Shown here one piece after another: positions 48,100 through 59,939 of a stretch of DNA of 64,000 bases. The stretch comes from Haliotis rufescens. Taxonomy: Eukaryota. The stretch covers positions 18,662,001 to 18,726,000 of the forward strand of contig NW_025964361.1 of assembly GCF_023055435.1 (NCBI RefSeq). Direction: 5' to 3'. The stretch's first letter is position 1. Every line of letters starts with the position of its first letter. Below the pieces are notes generated by a model that did no database searches, had not been told where the DNA came from, and saw nothing but the letters and a program-made list of their open reading frames with translations. Position numbers and translations under genes: made by a program.

Positions 48100-51000
48100 T
48101 GGGTGTAGAGTTTATTTCCTCCAAGTTTCAGGCCATACATTATATCAATAAAGTGTATGCATAAATACATGAAAGGAATATCATACATAAATAATATATC
48201 AGTGAATTGTGAGTGACTCGCGTAATCTAAAAGCGTGGTAGATATATTTAGCAAGTTGTGTAATAGTGTATTTACATTTGGAAGACATAAGATTTACAAA
48301 TTTTTCATATGATGGATTAGTGTGAAAATATGTATCAATAAAATGTAAACGTAATGTTGAAAATGAAATTCAAATAAGAAGGAAATGATATTCATTTTCA
48401 GTGTAGATGAAGTCCAATTTTTGACATTGTGGGCAAAATCTTTTGTTTTCTTCTATATTGGTATGACGTCCAGTTTCGATCATAAGTTTATGGCAGCTGC
48501 ATCGGAATCTTGTTAGAGTTTCTTTATAGATCTTCTTGTTTACTTCCTGAAGGTTCATTTCTATTGTTAATACCGATTTGAAAGTTAAATATGTTTTAAG
48601 TTTTGATTTTTGAAATAGGTTTTCAATCCAACGTTATTAACCACAGTCCACGATACGTTGTTTGAATTGTGAAATGAATATTTGCGGATCTCCAATATCT
48701 TGAATTATCCAGGCTTAGCCAAATCCATACTTGAAAAGAATGTTTTTTATATATGTTGCCCAGGATATACGGCCAGCTTCATCTAATTTGTACATCATTA
48801 AATACGTTTGCTTCGGTAGACGATCAGTGTTCATAGAGATTAATTTTGTCAAGTATTTAATACATTTACTAATATAATACACATATAATCGTTGTCTTCC
48901 AGTTTCACCAAGAACAGCGTCATAGCTTGCATTATTTGGTAGGTTAAGAATCCGTTTGTAATATTTAGTCTGTACCATCTCTATAGTTTCGTAGTATTGG
49001 AACCCCCAAACTTAAGAGCCATATATCAATATTGGTAAAACCATGGATTCGAACATCTTGATTGCAGTAGTGGTTGGTAATCCTCCACATAGATAGTTTA
49101 TTTTATAGATATAATGACATACTTTTTCTGCTTGTTGTGCAAGTGTTGCCGTTGCTTTTGTCCATAGCAATTTAGGAGTGAAAAATAGTCCCAAATATTT
49201 ATAAGATGAAACAGTCTCTATCTTTTCTTCTCTGTAAGTCCAATTTTCATAGTTCCTTAAACGTCCACCATTTCTAAAAACGATTATCTTTGATTTGTTC
49301 ATATTTAGAGACAGTCCCCATTTTTTACAAAATTCACTTATACAGTTGATCTGTTGTTGTAATCTTCCAGTGGTATCGGCAGTGTTGGCAACATCATCGG
49401 CTTATAATAAAGAACAAATATTTGGTGCTTCTTCTGAGATGAATATTCCACGACAGTCAGATTGATTTAGTTCCTGACCAATTCATTTATAAACAGGCAA
49501 AAGAGTGTCGGGCTGATCATGCATCCTTGTCGCGTTCCAATAAAACAGTTAAAATATTCAGTTAAACCGTTATCAGTTCTCACACAAGCTTTTAATACGA
49601 ATACATATCTCGTAGAATTTTTAGAACGTTTCCATGGATACCATATTTCATAAGCCGATGCCAAAGCAAGTTATGGTGAACACAGTCAAACGCTTTACTG
49701 AAGTCAATGAAGAGACAATAAAATCTCCCACCGGTTGATTTTGATAGATATTTCTGTATCATTCCATACAATGTGAAAATACTGTCGACTGTTGAGCGTC
49801 CTTTTCTAAAACCAAACTGGTTTTCATATATTATATTATTGTCATCACACCATAGCTGTAGGCGTTCGTTGATAATTTTTGTGAATATTTTCCCCAAAAC
49901 AGGTAATAAAGAAATACCTCTTTAATTATTCACACTGTTCGTATCTCCATCTTTATACAGCGGACATATAACTGCTCTGCACCATGATTCCGGATAAACA
50001 CCTGATTTCATTATCTCGTTAAACAGTTGCACACATATAGGAACAAAGAATTCCCATCACATCCTGGTGCTTTATTTGATTTCATGTTAATAATGGCTGT
50101 CTTCACTTCATCACTTGATATCTCTCTGTTTACATCTTCAGGCGATCCACGTTCACAAGCCTCACATACATCATTGTCATGCTGTGATATGTCTGATTTT
50201 ACTAAATCTTCAATAGATGACTTCGAACTGGGAGAATTTAATAGATTCTGGAAATATGAAAACCATCCCCAAGAACTGATCCTGTTTGTTTTCCTGCAAC
50301 ATTTTATTTTCTTGATTTCCTTCCACAGTTTGTTATAATCACTTTTTATCTCATTAAATCTATCTCTGAGTGAACGCTGAAATTCATCTTGTTTCCGTTT
50401 GCATAATTCTTTAAAGGTTCGTCTGTGCTGTTTATATACTTGGTAATCTTCATCTCTATCCGTGTCTCTGAATCTATCCAGTGCAAAATACTTCTCCCAC
50501 TTCACTCTATCACACTCTGCGTCCCACCATGCAGGCGGTTTGTAGGAGTTCTGCGCTTTTGGTCACGTGATCCCTGTCGCCTGCTCATCGCAGCAGCAGC
50601 TCTCGTGTACAGTCCGCATATGAGATCCACAGCGCTGTCTATATTCACAGAGATAGCTTCTTTGATATCATTTATAATGTTCGAAGAGGTTTCATCATGA
50701 AGTAAATCATTAAAACTGATAGCGTGATCTTTATTCCTAACTTATAATAGACGAACTTATCAACATGGTTATCAGTGTCTTCTAGGTTTTTGTTGTTTTT
50801 AATATCACAAATGAGAGGAAAATGGTCAGACTTATCCCACTCCAATATCTTGAATTGTTCAATATATGCAAACATGGTTGACGATGTAATGAGGTAGTCC
50901 ACAACACTAAGACCATTATTTGCAGTACAGGTATATTCTCCCTTTTGATCCCCTGAAGTTCTTCCATTAACAATATGTATTGAATAGCTCTTACATATGT

Positions 51001-51430
51001 TGAGTAGTTTCCTTCCAAAATTATTAACTTGTTTGTCTTTATTCAAACGTGGTGAGGAGAAGATGTCACTAACATACCAGGCACTACAGCCATCAGGCAG
51101 ATAATCAGCACTGTCATCTGATATAAAATCCTCTTTTTCGCCTGATCTGCTGTTAAAATCACCTGTTATCAGAATTTCTGCATCATATTATTTCACACAA
51201 AGCATCTTCAAGTTTATCTAAACTGTTGCCTTCCATATCCATGTAATAAGATGAGTGCTCTGGTGAAATCTTTATATAAGTTTTTATATATGTAGGTTTA
51301 CGAAAGCAGACAGAATACACCCATGTCTGGGCGTGAAGTGCCATTGTAAAAACAACATACTTTGTTCAAAGGATTAGCCGATAATTACTCATTGTTATCT
51401 ATATAACTATATGGATTTTTTTAAAGAACC
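48100..51430 (-). mobile_element. Decayed LINE ORF2 (RTEX-like): APE endonuclease, RT and C-terminal zinc finger
   Basis: ITGDFNSR, SVVDY, SDH, KAPGCDG, QFGFRKGRSTVD, FIDFSKAFD, GTRQGCMISP; YADD is mutated to *ADD; FRCSCHKLMIETGRH...CPQC...EYHF; AATAAA at the 3' end. Confidence 0.92.
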
Positions 51431-51719
51431 GTGGACATCATGAGCATAGTTGTCATGTGTGCTATCTCACACAAGTTTGTCTGTATAGCTTCAGATGTAT
51501 GGGATATTGTTCCTGTATTTGGAGATTACCTGATACATCCTCAAACAAAGCAACTGGCAAAAACTATACACATAACTTTTGTTGGTTGTAATTACTATAT
51601 TTGTATTTTGTTTTCCTACACTTGCTGTGGCAAGACCGCGGGAGGCCTCATGTCATTGTTGATGATCCATTATCAGTGCTGATAAAATTATGTGGTGCTG
51701 TGAGGGGCTATATAACGAA

Positions 51720-51890
51720 ACCAGCCTATCCTCCTCGGCAGAAAGACCGGCACTTTCACAAATTATGCATATTTCATAAAATGAAAAGTGGTAAAATGCC
51801 AAATTATTTATGTGATATGGTACCTGTAAAAAACTTCAATCATCCACATTACGAAACTAGAAAGCCTATGAGCCTTATTGCCAAACTGTG
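51720..51890 (+). pseudogene. CR1/L2-type RT C-terminal fragment
   Basis: RHFHKLCIFHKMKSGKMPNYLCDMVP. Confidence 0.5.
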
Positions 51891-52272
51891 ACTACATGTA
51901 GAACCCTGACCAAGGAACCCATCTGCCCAGTACTTTGGACTTATAGCTTTGATCATAGTCAGTGCCAATTATATAGCTGGCTTCCATTTGTCCATTGCTA
52001 TTTTTTTCCATTCGGTGAAGGCAGCAGCACATAAATTGAATGGTAAACCCTTTTCTATCGTGGAGCAATTTCCTGAAGAGGTGAGCCAGTATAGGCGAGA
52101 AGTGCTAATGCCATTTTTGAGAGAGGCTTGACAGAAGGGTAAGCAAGCTTACATTGTGGTTGATAAGCTGTACATCAACAGAGTGCTTCAGGACGTTCAC
52201 ACCCCACCACCCTACAGGACACCCCGCAAGCAATCTGGTCAAGCATAGGAATGGGACGGTGGACACGAGTTC

Positions 52273-54281
52273 ATGAGTGACTATTTTAGTATTTTTCACA
52301 CCCCATGCTTACAAGACTCTGATCCTGGTATAGACTTTAGCCCCTGGGGTAAAAAGTCTAGACACAGCAATAGGGCTAAACTTTCAGAACAATCTGATAA
52401 CTCAGCTGCCTCTGCTGTTCACAACATAACTTTATTTATTAATAACTCATGTACTGACAACTATAATCCTCTTGGTGTTTCAGGTCTACCTAAGGATTGC
52501 CCGTCTGTTGATGATGTGGTGAAAATTGACCCTCTTATACCATCGTCTGATGTAAAAATAGGTACAGTTACTCTCACCCAAACTGATAATTTTTCAGAAA
52601 AATCTCCTTTTCATATGTGTGGGGCTCCAAATGATCACCCCCAAACAACTGACTGCATGAACAAGCAAGTAAATAACAAGGACAATGATCTTGCTAAATA
52701 TAATAATATTGCAAAAAATTGTAATGCAGAAAGTGAATCTCCCCCAGGAGATTATACTAGTGATAATAGTCACTCTATTTTATCATCCTCTGATGTTACA
52801 AATGGCACAGTCACTATCACCCAAAATAATGTACTTGCAACAAAATCTACATTTTATATGTCTGAGTTTCCTACTGATCACCCCCAAACAATTGATTGCA
52901 TAAACAAGCAGATAAATAATAGGGCCAATGATATTGCTAAACATAATAACATTGCAGGCAATTGTATTCCAGAATGTGATTATTCCCCAGAAAAAAACAC
53001 TGTTAATAAAAGTAAAACTATTGAAGCAAATCAGGCTGATGAGGTTGATGATGACATGTTGAAATGTGACTCTAATACACCATGCCCTGTCGTTACATAT
53101 GACACAGTCAATCTTATCCAAAATAATTTATTTCAAACAACTTCTATTTTTCAGATGTCTAAGGCTCCCACTGAACACGCCCAAACAATTGGCTGCATAA
53201 ACAAGCATGTAAATAATAGGTCCAATGATATTGATAAACATAATAACATGGTAGAGAATTGTATTCCAGAAAGTGAATCTATCCTAGGAGATAATACCCG
53301 TGGAAATGGCAATACTAATTATGCAAACCAGGCTGATGTTAATGCCGATGGAGATGATAATGATGATGAGGATGATGTTGATGAGGATGTTGATGATGTT
53401 GATGATGATATGTTGAAATGTGACTCTAATATACCATCCCCTGATGTTAAAATTGACCCAGTCAATCCTATCCAAAATAATTTATTACAAACAAAATCTA
53501 TTTTTAATAAGTCTGAACCTCTCACTGAACACATCCAAAAAATTGATTGCATAAACGAACAGATAAATAATAGGGCCAATGATATTGCTAAACATAATAA
53601 CATTGCAGAGAATTCTATTCCAGAATGCGATTATTCCCCAGGAGAAAACATTGACAATAATAGTAATACAAATTATACAAATCAGGTTGATGACGACGAT
53701 GATGATGATGATGATGATGATGTGGTGAAATGTGACTCTATTTTATCATCCTCTGATGTTACAAATGGCACAGTCACCCTCATCCAAAATAATGTACTTG
53801 CAACAAAATCTACATTTTATATGTCTGGGGTTCCTACTGATCACCCCCAAACAATTGATTGCATAAACAAACAGATACATAATAGGGCAAATGATATTGC
53901 TAAACATAATAACATTGCAGAGAATTGTATTCCAGACTCTGAAGTTTCTCCAGGAGAAAACACTGGTAATACCAGTAATACAAATGATGCATATCTTGTT
54001 GATGTTGATGACGATGTGGTGAAATGTGACTCTATTTTATCGTCCCTTGATGCTACAAATTGCACAGTCTCTCAAATCAAAAATAATTTACTTGATACAA
54101 AATACTCTTCCCATATGTCTGAGGTTCCTTCCGATCACCCCCCAAATAATAGGGCCAATGCTATTGCTAAACATATTAACATTGCAGAGAATTGTATTCC
54201 AGAGAGTGAATCTTCCCGAGGAGACAATTCTGGTGATAACGATAATACTAATGATGCAAATCAGGTTGATGATGACGGAGG

Positions 54282-54321
<40 letters not shown>

Positions 54322-57300
54322 ACAGAAAGTGATCATGCTGATGACCCTAAAATTAGAAATGATATTATTATAAATAAGTTAAAATTCCTAAGCTTAAATG
54401 TGTGTGGACTTAGAAAACGATTAGGGTACAAAGAATTTAATACCTTGCTCAAAAGTAGAGACATAATAGGCCTTCAAGAAACAAAAACTGATTCCTTGGA
54501 TGACTTACAAATTGACGGATATACTCTATTTCTCCAAAATAGATCAGGAGCCCTGAGAAAATCAGGGGGATTAGGTATAGCAATTAGAAATAAATATGTA
54601 AACTATATCACTCCTACTGAGGTAAAGTGTGAGCATATTCAATGGATTAAAATTTGCAGAAAATTATTTAACTTGGACCAAGACTTCTACTTAGGCAATG
54701 CCTACATCCCGCCCGAGGGGTCAAAATATGTTACTGCTGATACGTTCTTTGAAATAGAAAAATCTATACTTGAGGTATTCTCAAATAGTGATTATGTTAC
54801 AATCATCGGTGATTTTAATGCAAGAACAAGTGATTTATGTGATTATAATGTTTTTGATGAATATATAATTGATGAATTTGATCTAGATGTAAATGAGATA
54901 AGAAAAGAAATTGAGCCTGAATCTATACTGGATGACTTGAATTTGCCAAGGGTGAGGGGCACGCAGGATAGATTCAAGATAAATAACTTCGGGAATAAAC
55001 TGATTGATATCTGTAAAAATCTGAATTTATTTATAGGAAATGGACGACTGGGTACGGATAGACTTATTGAAAAAACAACATGTAAGGACAAAACTGTAAT
55101 TGATTATGTCATTGCTTCTCCAATGTGCCTACCCCTCTTTATAACATTTGATATACAGGAGTTCTCTCCCCTTTTCTCGGATGTACATTGTCCACTCACA
55201 TTCTCTCTGACTGTGTCAATACCTAACTTAGAAAACCTGGAACCCCTTCAACCGAATAACATACATAAGGTATTGGATAAACCAAAACGTTACGACAGCA
55301 ACAAAACTGACTTATTTCGCCAAAACATAAATATTGAACAAATAAATAAACTCACCCAACTAGCCCACGCAGCGCGTATCCAACAATGTGACCCAGTTTC
55401 CGTAAACAATCTCGGAGACAGCATAGCGCGTGTGCTAACTGACGCTGCACGTGCGGCATTTGGTGTAAGAAGCTGTAGTGGGGAAGCTGTGTTACGTAGT
55501 AAAACTGATAAACCATGGTTCGGAAATGAATTCAAAAAGGCAAGAAAAATGTTTAACAAAGCCAAACGTCGTTTTAGGAAACATAATACAGTAAAAAATA
55601 AAAGTGTTTACCGACAGCATTCGAAAGCTTATAAACAATGCATGGACAAACATATACGAAATTATAATAACCAACTGACCGAAGCTTTTCGCAAAAATAT
55701 CAAACAATCGCCAAAAGATTTTTGGAAAATACTAAATAAACAACGTACATCAGAAAAGAAAAATATACCGGATATTACTATCTTTTTTGAATTTTTCAAA
55801 AAGATAAACCAGAACCCTAAACAAGATGAAGATGATTTTAATGAACATATTTTAGACGGGAATGTAAGTGACTGCAGTATTTTAAATGATGATATCAATA
55901 CCGATGAAATTTTAAAGGCAGCAAAGAAACTTAAACGGAACAAAGCAGCAAGTCTAGATAACGTAGAAAACGACTATATCATTGACAGTGTCGATTTATT
56001 AGCCCCTTTATATACTGAATTCTTTAATTTAGTACTCGCCTCTAGTATTATCCCTGAATCATGGTTAACAGGAATAATAAAACCAATTTACAAACAGAAA
56101 GGTGACCCATCTGACCCAAATTCGTATAGACCGATAACACTGCTGAGTTGCTTTGGTAAGTTGTTTACAAGTATTCTAAATGACCGACTAAAACTCTTTT
56201 TAGAAGAAAACGATCTTATAACATCAGGGCAAGCTGGCTTCAGAAAGAATTTTTCAACGGCAGATAATGTATTTGTTATTCATATGTTAACACAGATATT
56301 AAAAACCAAAAAGAAAAAACTCTACTGTGCCTTTATAGACTTCACAAAAGCATTTGACACTGTCTGGAGAACTGGTCTTTGGACTAAAATGTTAAAAACA
56401 GGCATAAAAGGAAGATTCTTCAATTTGGTTAAAAATATGTATATGAACATAAAATCATTGGTAAAATCAAATGATACATTATCTGAGTATTTTCCATGTG
56501 AATCAGGCGTACGACAAGGGGAAAATCTGTCCCCCCTTTTGTTTTCAATCTTTCTCAATGACCTGGAAACCTTTTTAATCGACAACGAATGCGAAGGAAT
56601 AAGTATCGATTGCTTAACGGATAATGAAGCCCAGGTCTGGATACATTTGATAGTACTCCTATATGCAGACGACTCTGTACTTTTTAGCGAAACCCCCAAA
56701 GGTCTACAAAACTCATTAGATGTGTTTCATGTGATTGTATAAGGTGGAGACTAAACGTAAATATATCAAAAACCAAGGTTTTAATTTTTGGAGGAGGTCC
56801 GGCTAAATCTTCCAAAAATATATTTTTTTTATATAAACGGCCTCTGGAAATAGTTGATACATATACATACCTAGGAATAAAATTCCATAGAAACAGAAGA
56901 TTTGTTATGGGAATAAAAGCTCTGATTGAAAGTGCAACGAAAGCGATGTGCTACCTATTAAAAAGAGCTAGAAATGTAAATCTACCACTCGATTGTCTCC
57001 TAACTGCTTTTGATATTATGGTTGCTCCAATCCTTTTATATTGTTCAGATGTATGGGGGTTTGAAAATTTAGAAGTAATAGAAAAAACACACTTAAAATT
57101 CTTGAAACTTGCAGCCGGATTAAGAAACTCAACGCCAAATTATATGGTATATGGAGAACTTAACAGGGAACCAATATATATTAAACTGTTTAAACGTATA
57201 ATAGCTTATTGGCACAAATTGACCTGCCAAAATGGCATAAATAAAATATCACACTTTCTGTACCGCTACATTATTTCTAAGTCTGAGAATAACAAAACTA

Positions 57301-57851
57301 ATTTTCCATGGATTGTGTGTGTTCAAAAGATACTAAATGACGTCGGACTAAGTGAAATATTTCATAAACCATATATATGCTCTACAAATTGGCTAGTTTC
57401 AACGGTCGAACAGATACTTAGGGATCAGTTTATGCAAAAGTGGAGGGAAAGTATGGAGTCGAGTCCAAAGGGTATATATTATAAACACTATAAGCAAAAC
57501 CCAAAATTTGAAAACTATCTGTTACTCCCTAAAGGCAACTATATGCCGATATTAAAATTTTGTACCTCAAATCACGATTTGCCCGTTGAGACTGGCCGAT
57601 GGCAGAATATACCAAAAGAAGATAGACTTTGTCAACTTTGTGATTCACTCTCGGTTGGAGATGAGTTTCACTATCTCTTCAGATGCGAAGCTCTACTCCA
57701 ACAAAGAATTCGGTATATTCCCAAAAAATACTACTTGTGGCCAAATATTTTTAAACTCTGTAAAACTGTTTCACCCAAAAGGCTTAAAGATATAAGAAAT
57801 TTGTCCAGATATATTGTATGTCTATGCAAGTTATTAAGAAAGAACCGTTGA
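52273..57851 (+). CDS. LINE ORF2: repeat extension, APE endonuclease, RT, CCHC; one frameshift near 56732
   Basis: SLNVCGL, LQETK, IGDFNAR, VIDY, SDVH; YRPITLL, QAGFR, FIDFTKAFD, GVRQGENLSP, LLYADD; after a -1 shift the frame stays open (WRLNVNISKTK) through ETGRW..CQLC..DEFHYLFRC. Confidence 0.9.
52505..54320 (+). repeat. Six in-frame ~260-350-bp coding tandem repeats with (GAT)n tracts
   Basis: Unit ~SSDV..TV..IQNN...S..PTDHPQTIDCINKQINNRANDIAKHNNIAENCIPE...poly-D..KCD repeated six times. Confidence 0.92.
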
Positions 57852-58315
57852 CCCTGTCACTTGTCATGTTGATATCTTTTTGTATCTTCATATGTATATA
57901 TATATAGCTGTAAACGCTCATGTACCACCGGTGGTGGTTTCTTTGAGAAATAAACTGAATCTGAATCTGAATCTATAACATATATCAGTGCTTATTACCC
58001 CCGGCCTCCCATTTGGCCATTGTCCATTGCCAATCAGTGATAATTTAAGTCCTGGCTTCCAGTTGTCCATTAGAATCAACTATAAGCGCATATTTACTGT
58101 TAAGTTTTGGCTTCCATTTGTCTATTGCTAATCACCTGTCAGCGCAAATTAGCTGTTTGCTTCCCTTGTTAAGTTTCCACCTTTGTCATCTTATTACTTT
58201 TGCTGTTCTTACAGGTACATATATATGTTCTCTGCCTCATAGTATTTACCGAGTGCGAAATAGCCAGAGGCTGAAGCGCTCGTCAAATCTCCAAATATCT
58301 CTCATAGTATTTATT

Positions 58316-58353
58316 CACCTGATGAAGGAGTAAGTATATACTCCAAACGTTGT
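58316..58353 (+). ncRNA. Degenerate minimal hammerhead ribozyme motif (Penelope-type repeat)
   Basis: cac-CTGATGA-a-ggagta/tactcc stem-(G missing)AAAC-GTT-gtg. Confidence 0.5.
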
Positions 58354-59939
58354 GTTCCTCATAAAAAAGAAGTTGACATCGCTAAATTCTCTTCCTTATG
58401 TGTATCACTTCTAAATGCCTTTCAAAGACTTGAACAGATAACTTATGTGTATAGTACTGAGTCTGGCGAGTTAGTTACTCTGTGAGGAGTTACAATATTA
58501 TATAGCAGTTGCTTTCATAGTTTATATCAATCTACAAATAAAATGACAAATGTAAAGTTAAAAAAAATGATATTCTTGGTTCTCAGGCACCGCCCACATC
58601 ATCATAATGTCCACCTAACATTTCCTTAATATTTCCATTTTCAAAAAAATCAAAAAATCCTAATACTTAAAAACAATTATATCCAATATAGCACATAGTT
58701 ACTTCCCTTTACGTGCGCACTGCTTTAATGCACATCTCGTGTTATGGTCATGGCAGCCATTTGACTTTGTATGCTTGTATATGTAGGGAGGCTCTTTCCC
58801 AGGTTGATGGTACACAACTGTTTATTTGGTTACATACTAGTTTGAACAAGCAAAAAAAAAAACAGCCAGCCCACCCGCACTTTATTTTCCAAAGTCATTG
58901 CCTGAGAACCAATTCTTTTATTTTAAGCCTAACGTATTATGATTTAATTAGATCAACAACTTCACAGAGAGTAGATAATACATAAAATATTATTTTTAGG
59001 CAGGATTCGTGGAAGAAGATTATTAAGAATAATTTATTACGAGTTGGATTAATGGCGTTTTTAAGAGTATTCCAGTTATATCATGGCATGTCAGCTTGAT
59101 GAGTAAGGAAAACTTGAAGTGATGCAGGTTTCAGACATGTATCACTCCGGTGAAACCCACCAGCACGGGTATGGTGCTGACAACACTGGAAACACAATCG
59201 GGTCGAATCATAAGTTATATATTTCAAAATCTGACATCAATCAAAACTATGACCCTAAGACCTATGACTCCCTATAGCACAGCTAAGGGGCATAATGACC
59301 CCCAGTTTTGCGAGGCTAGGGCAACCCGTGTGGTTACCAGCTTGTCCTAGTAGAACATGATGATTGTGTTTCTCTGGATGCTGTCCTAAAGTCTGTCCAC
59401 ACACAGGGAATTGGTATTTAAGTTGGATGTGTCCACTTGCTGCCGACAAATGATCTCCATTTTTCCTACAAGAAAGAAGAAATTGTCCCCACTAACTTTG
59501 AGTTGACTGTTGACAGCCTCATTCCACATACGAAATTTCAGCACAAATGCAGGTGAGGTTTCTGCAACTTGTCATTTGGTTCTTGAGAGCTCAGTAATTG
59601 CCTTAAATAAATATCCGCACATATAGAACCAAGTCTTGTTTCATGCTGCCATCAGATCATTGGCTGTGTTCTATAGTTGATATGAATTGTGTACAAATAT
59701 CATGAACCAGTTCATCTGACAAACACTGATTACATGTGGACATTCCAGTCACTCTTGTGTATCTAATTTTATTAGATGATGCAGTGTGTCGCAGAAATCA
59801 GTGTCTGTTCTCACTTTGTGAAACTGCGCCCACATCTCCTCTCTGCTTGTAACAATGGTGCTGCTTTTCCCAAAACCGGAAAATAAAATGTAGGTGTCAG
59901 GTGACTAGGCATGACTCTGAATCGGAAAGAGAACTAGCA

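Larger units (their letters stand above)
52005..57974 (+). mobile_element. RTEX-like LINE, 5'-truncated in ORF1, near-intact ORF2
   Basis: ORF1 C-terminus (FSIVEQFPEEV..RREVLMP...DKLYIN) at ~52010-52195; ORF2 52273-57851; AATAAA followed by a (TGAATC)n tail at 57949-57974. Confidence 0.92.

Noticed and set aside
52273-54320. Asp-rich shell-matrix or host protein gene
   Set aside because: No signal peptide or splice sites; it lies between LINE ORF1 and the in-frame endonuclease.
48100-57974. Divergent LINE pair as a single bidirectional system
   Set aside because: The two differ greatly in decay, both are 5'-truncated, and unrelated fragments separate them; independent insertions explain the arrangement.
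59337-59466. Host exon (good ttcttgtag acceptor, gtaacc donor, minus strand)
   Set aside because: Ends in phase 1, incompatible with the phase-2 start at 41739; the surrounding minus-strand peptides (REEMWAQFHKVR, FFLVGKMEIICR) look like a decayed DNA-transposon ORF.
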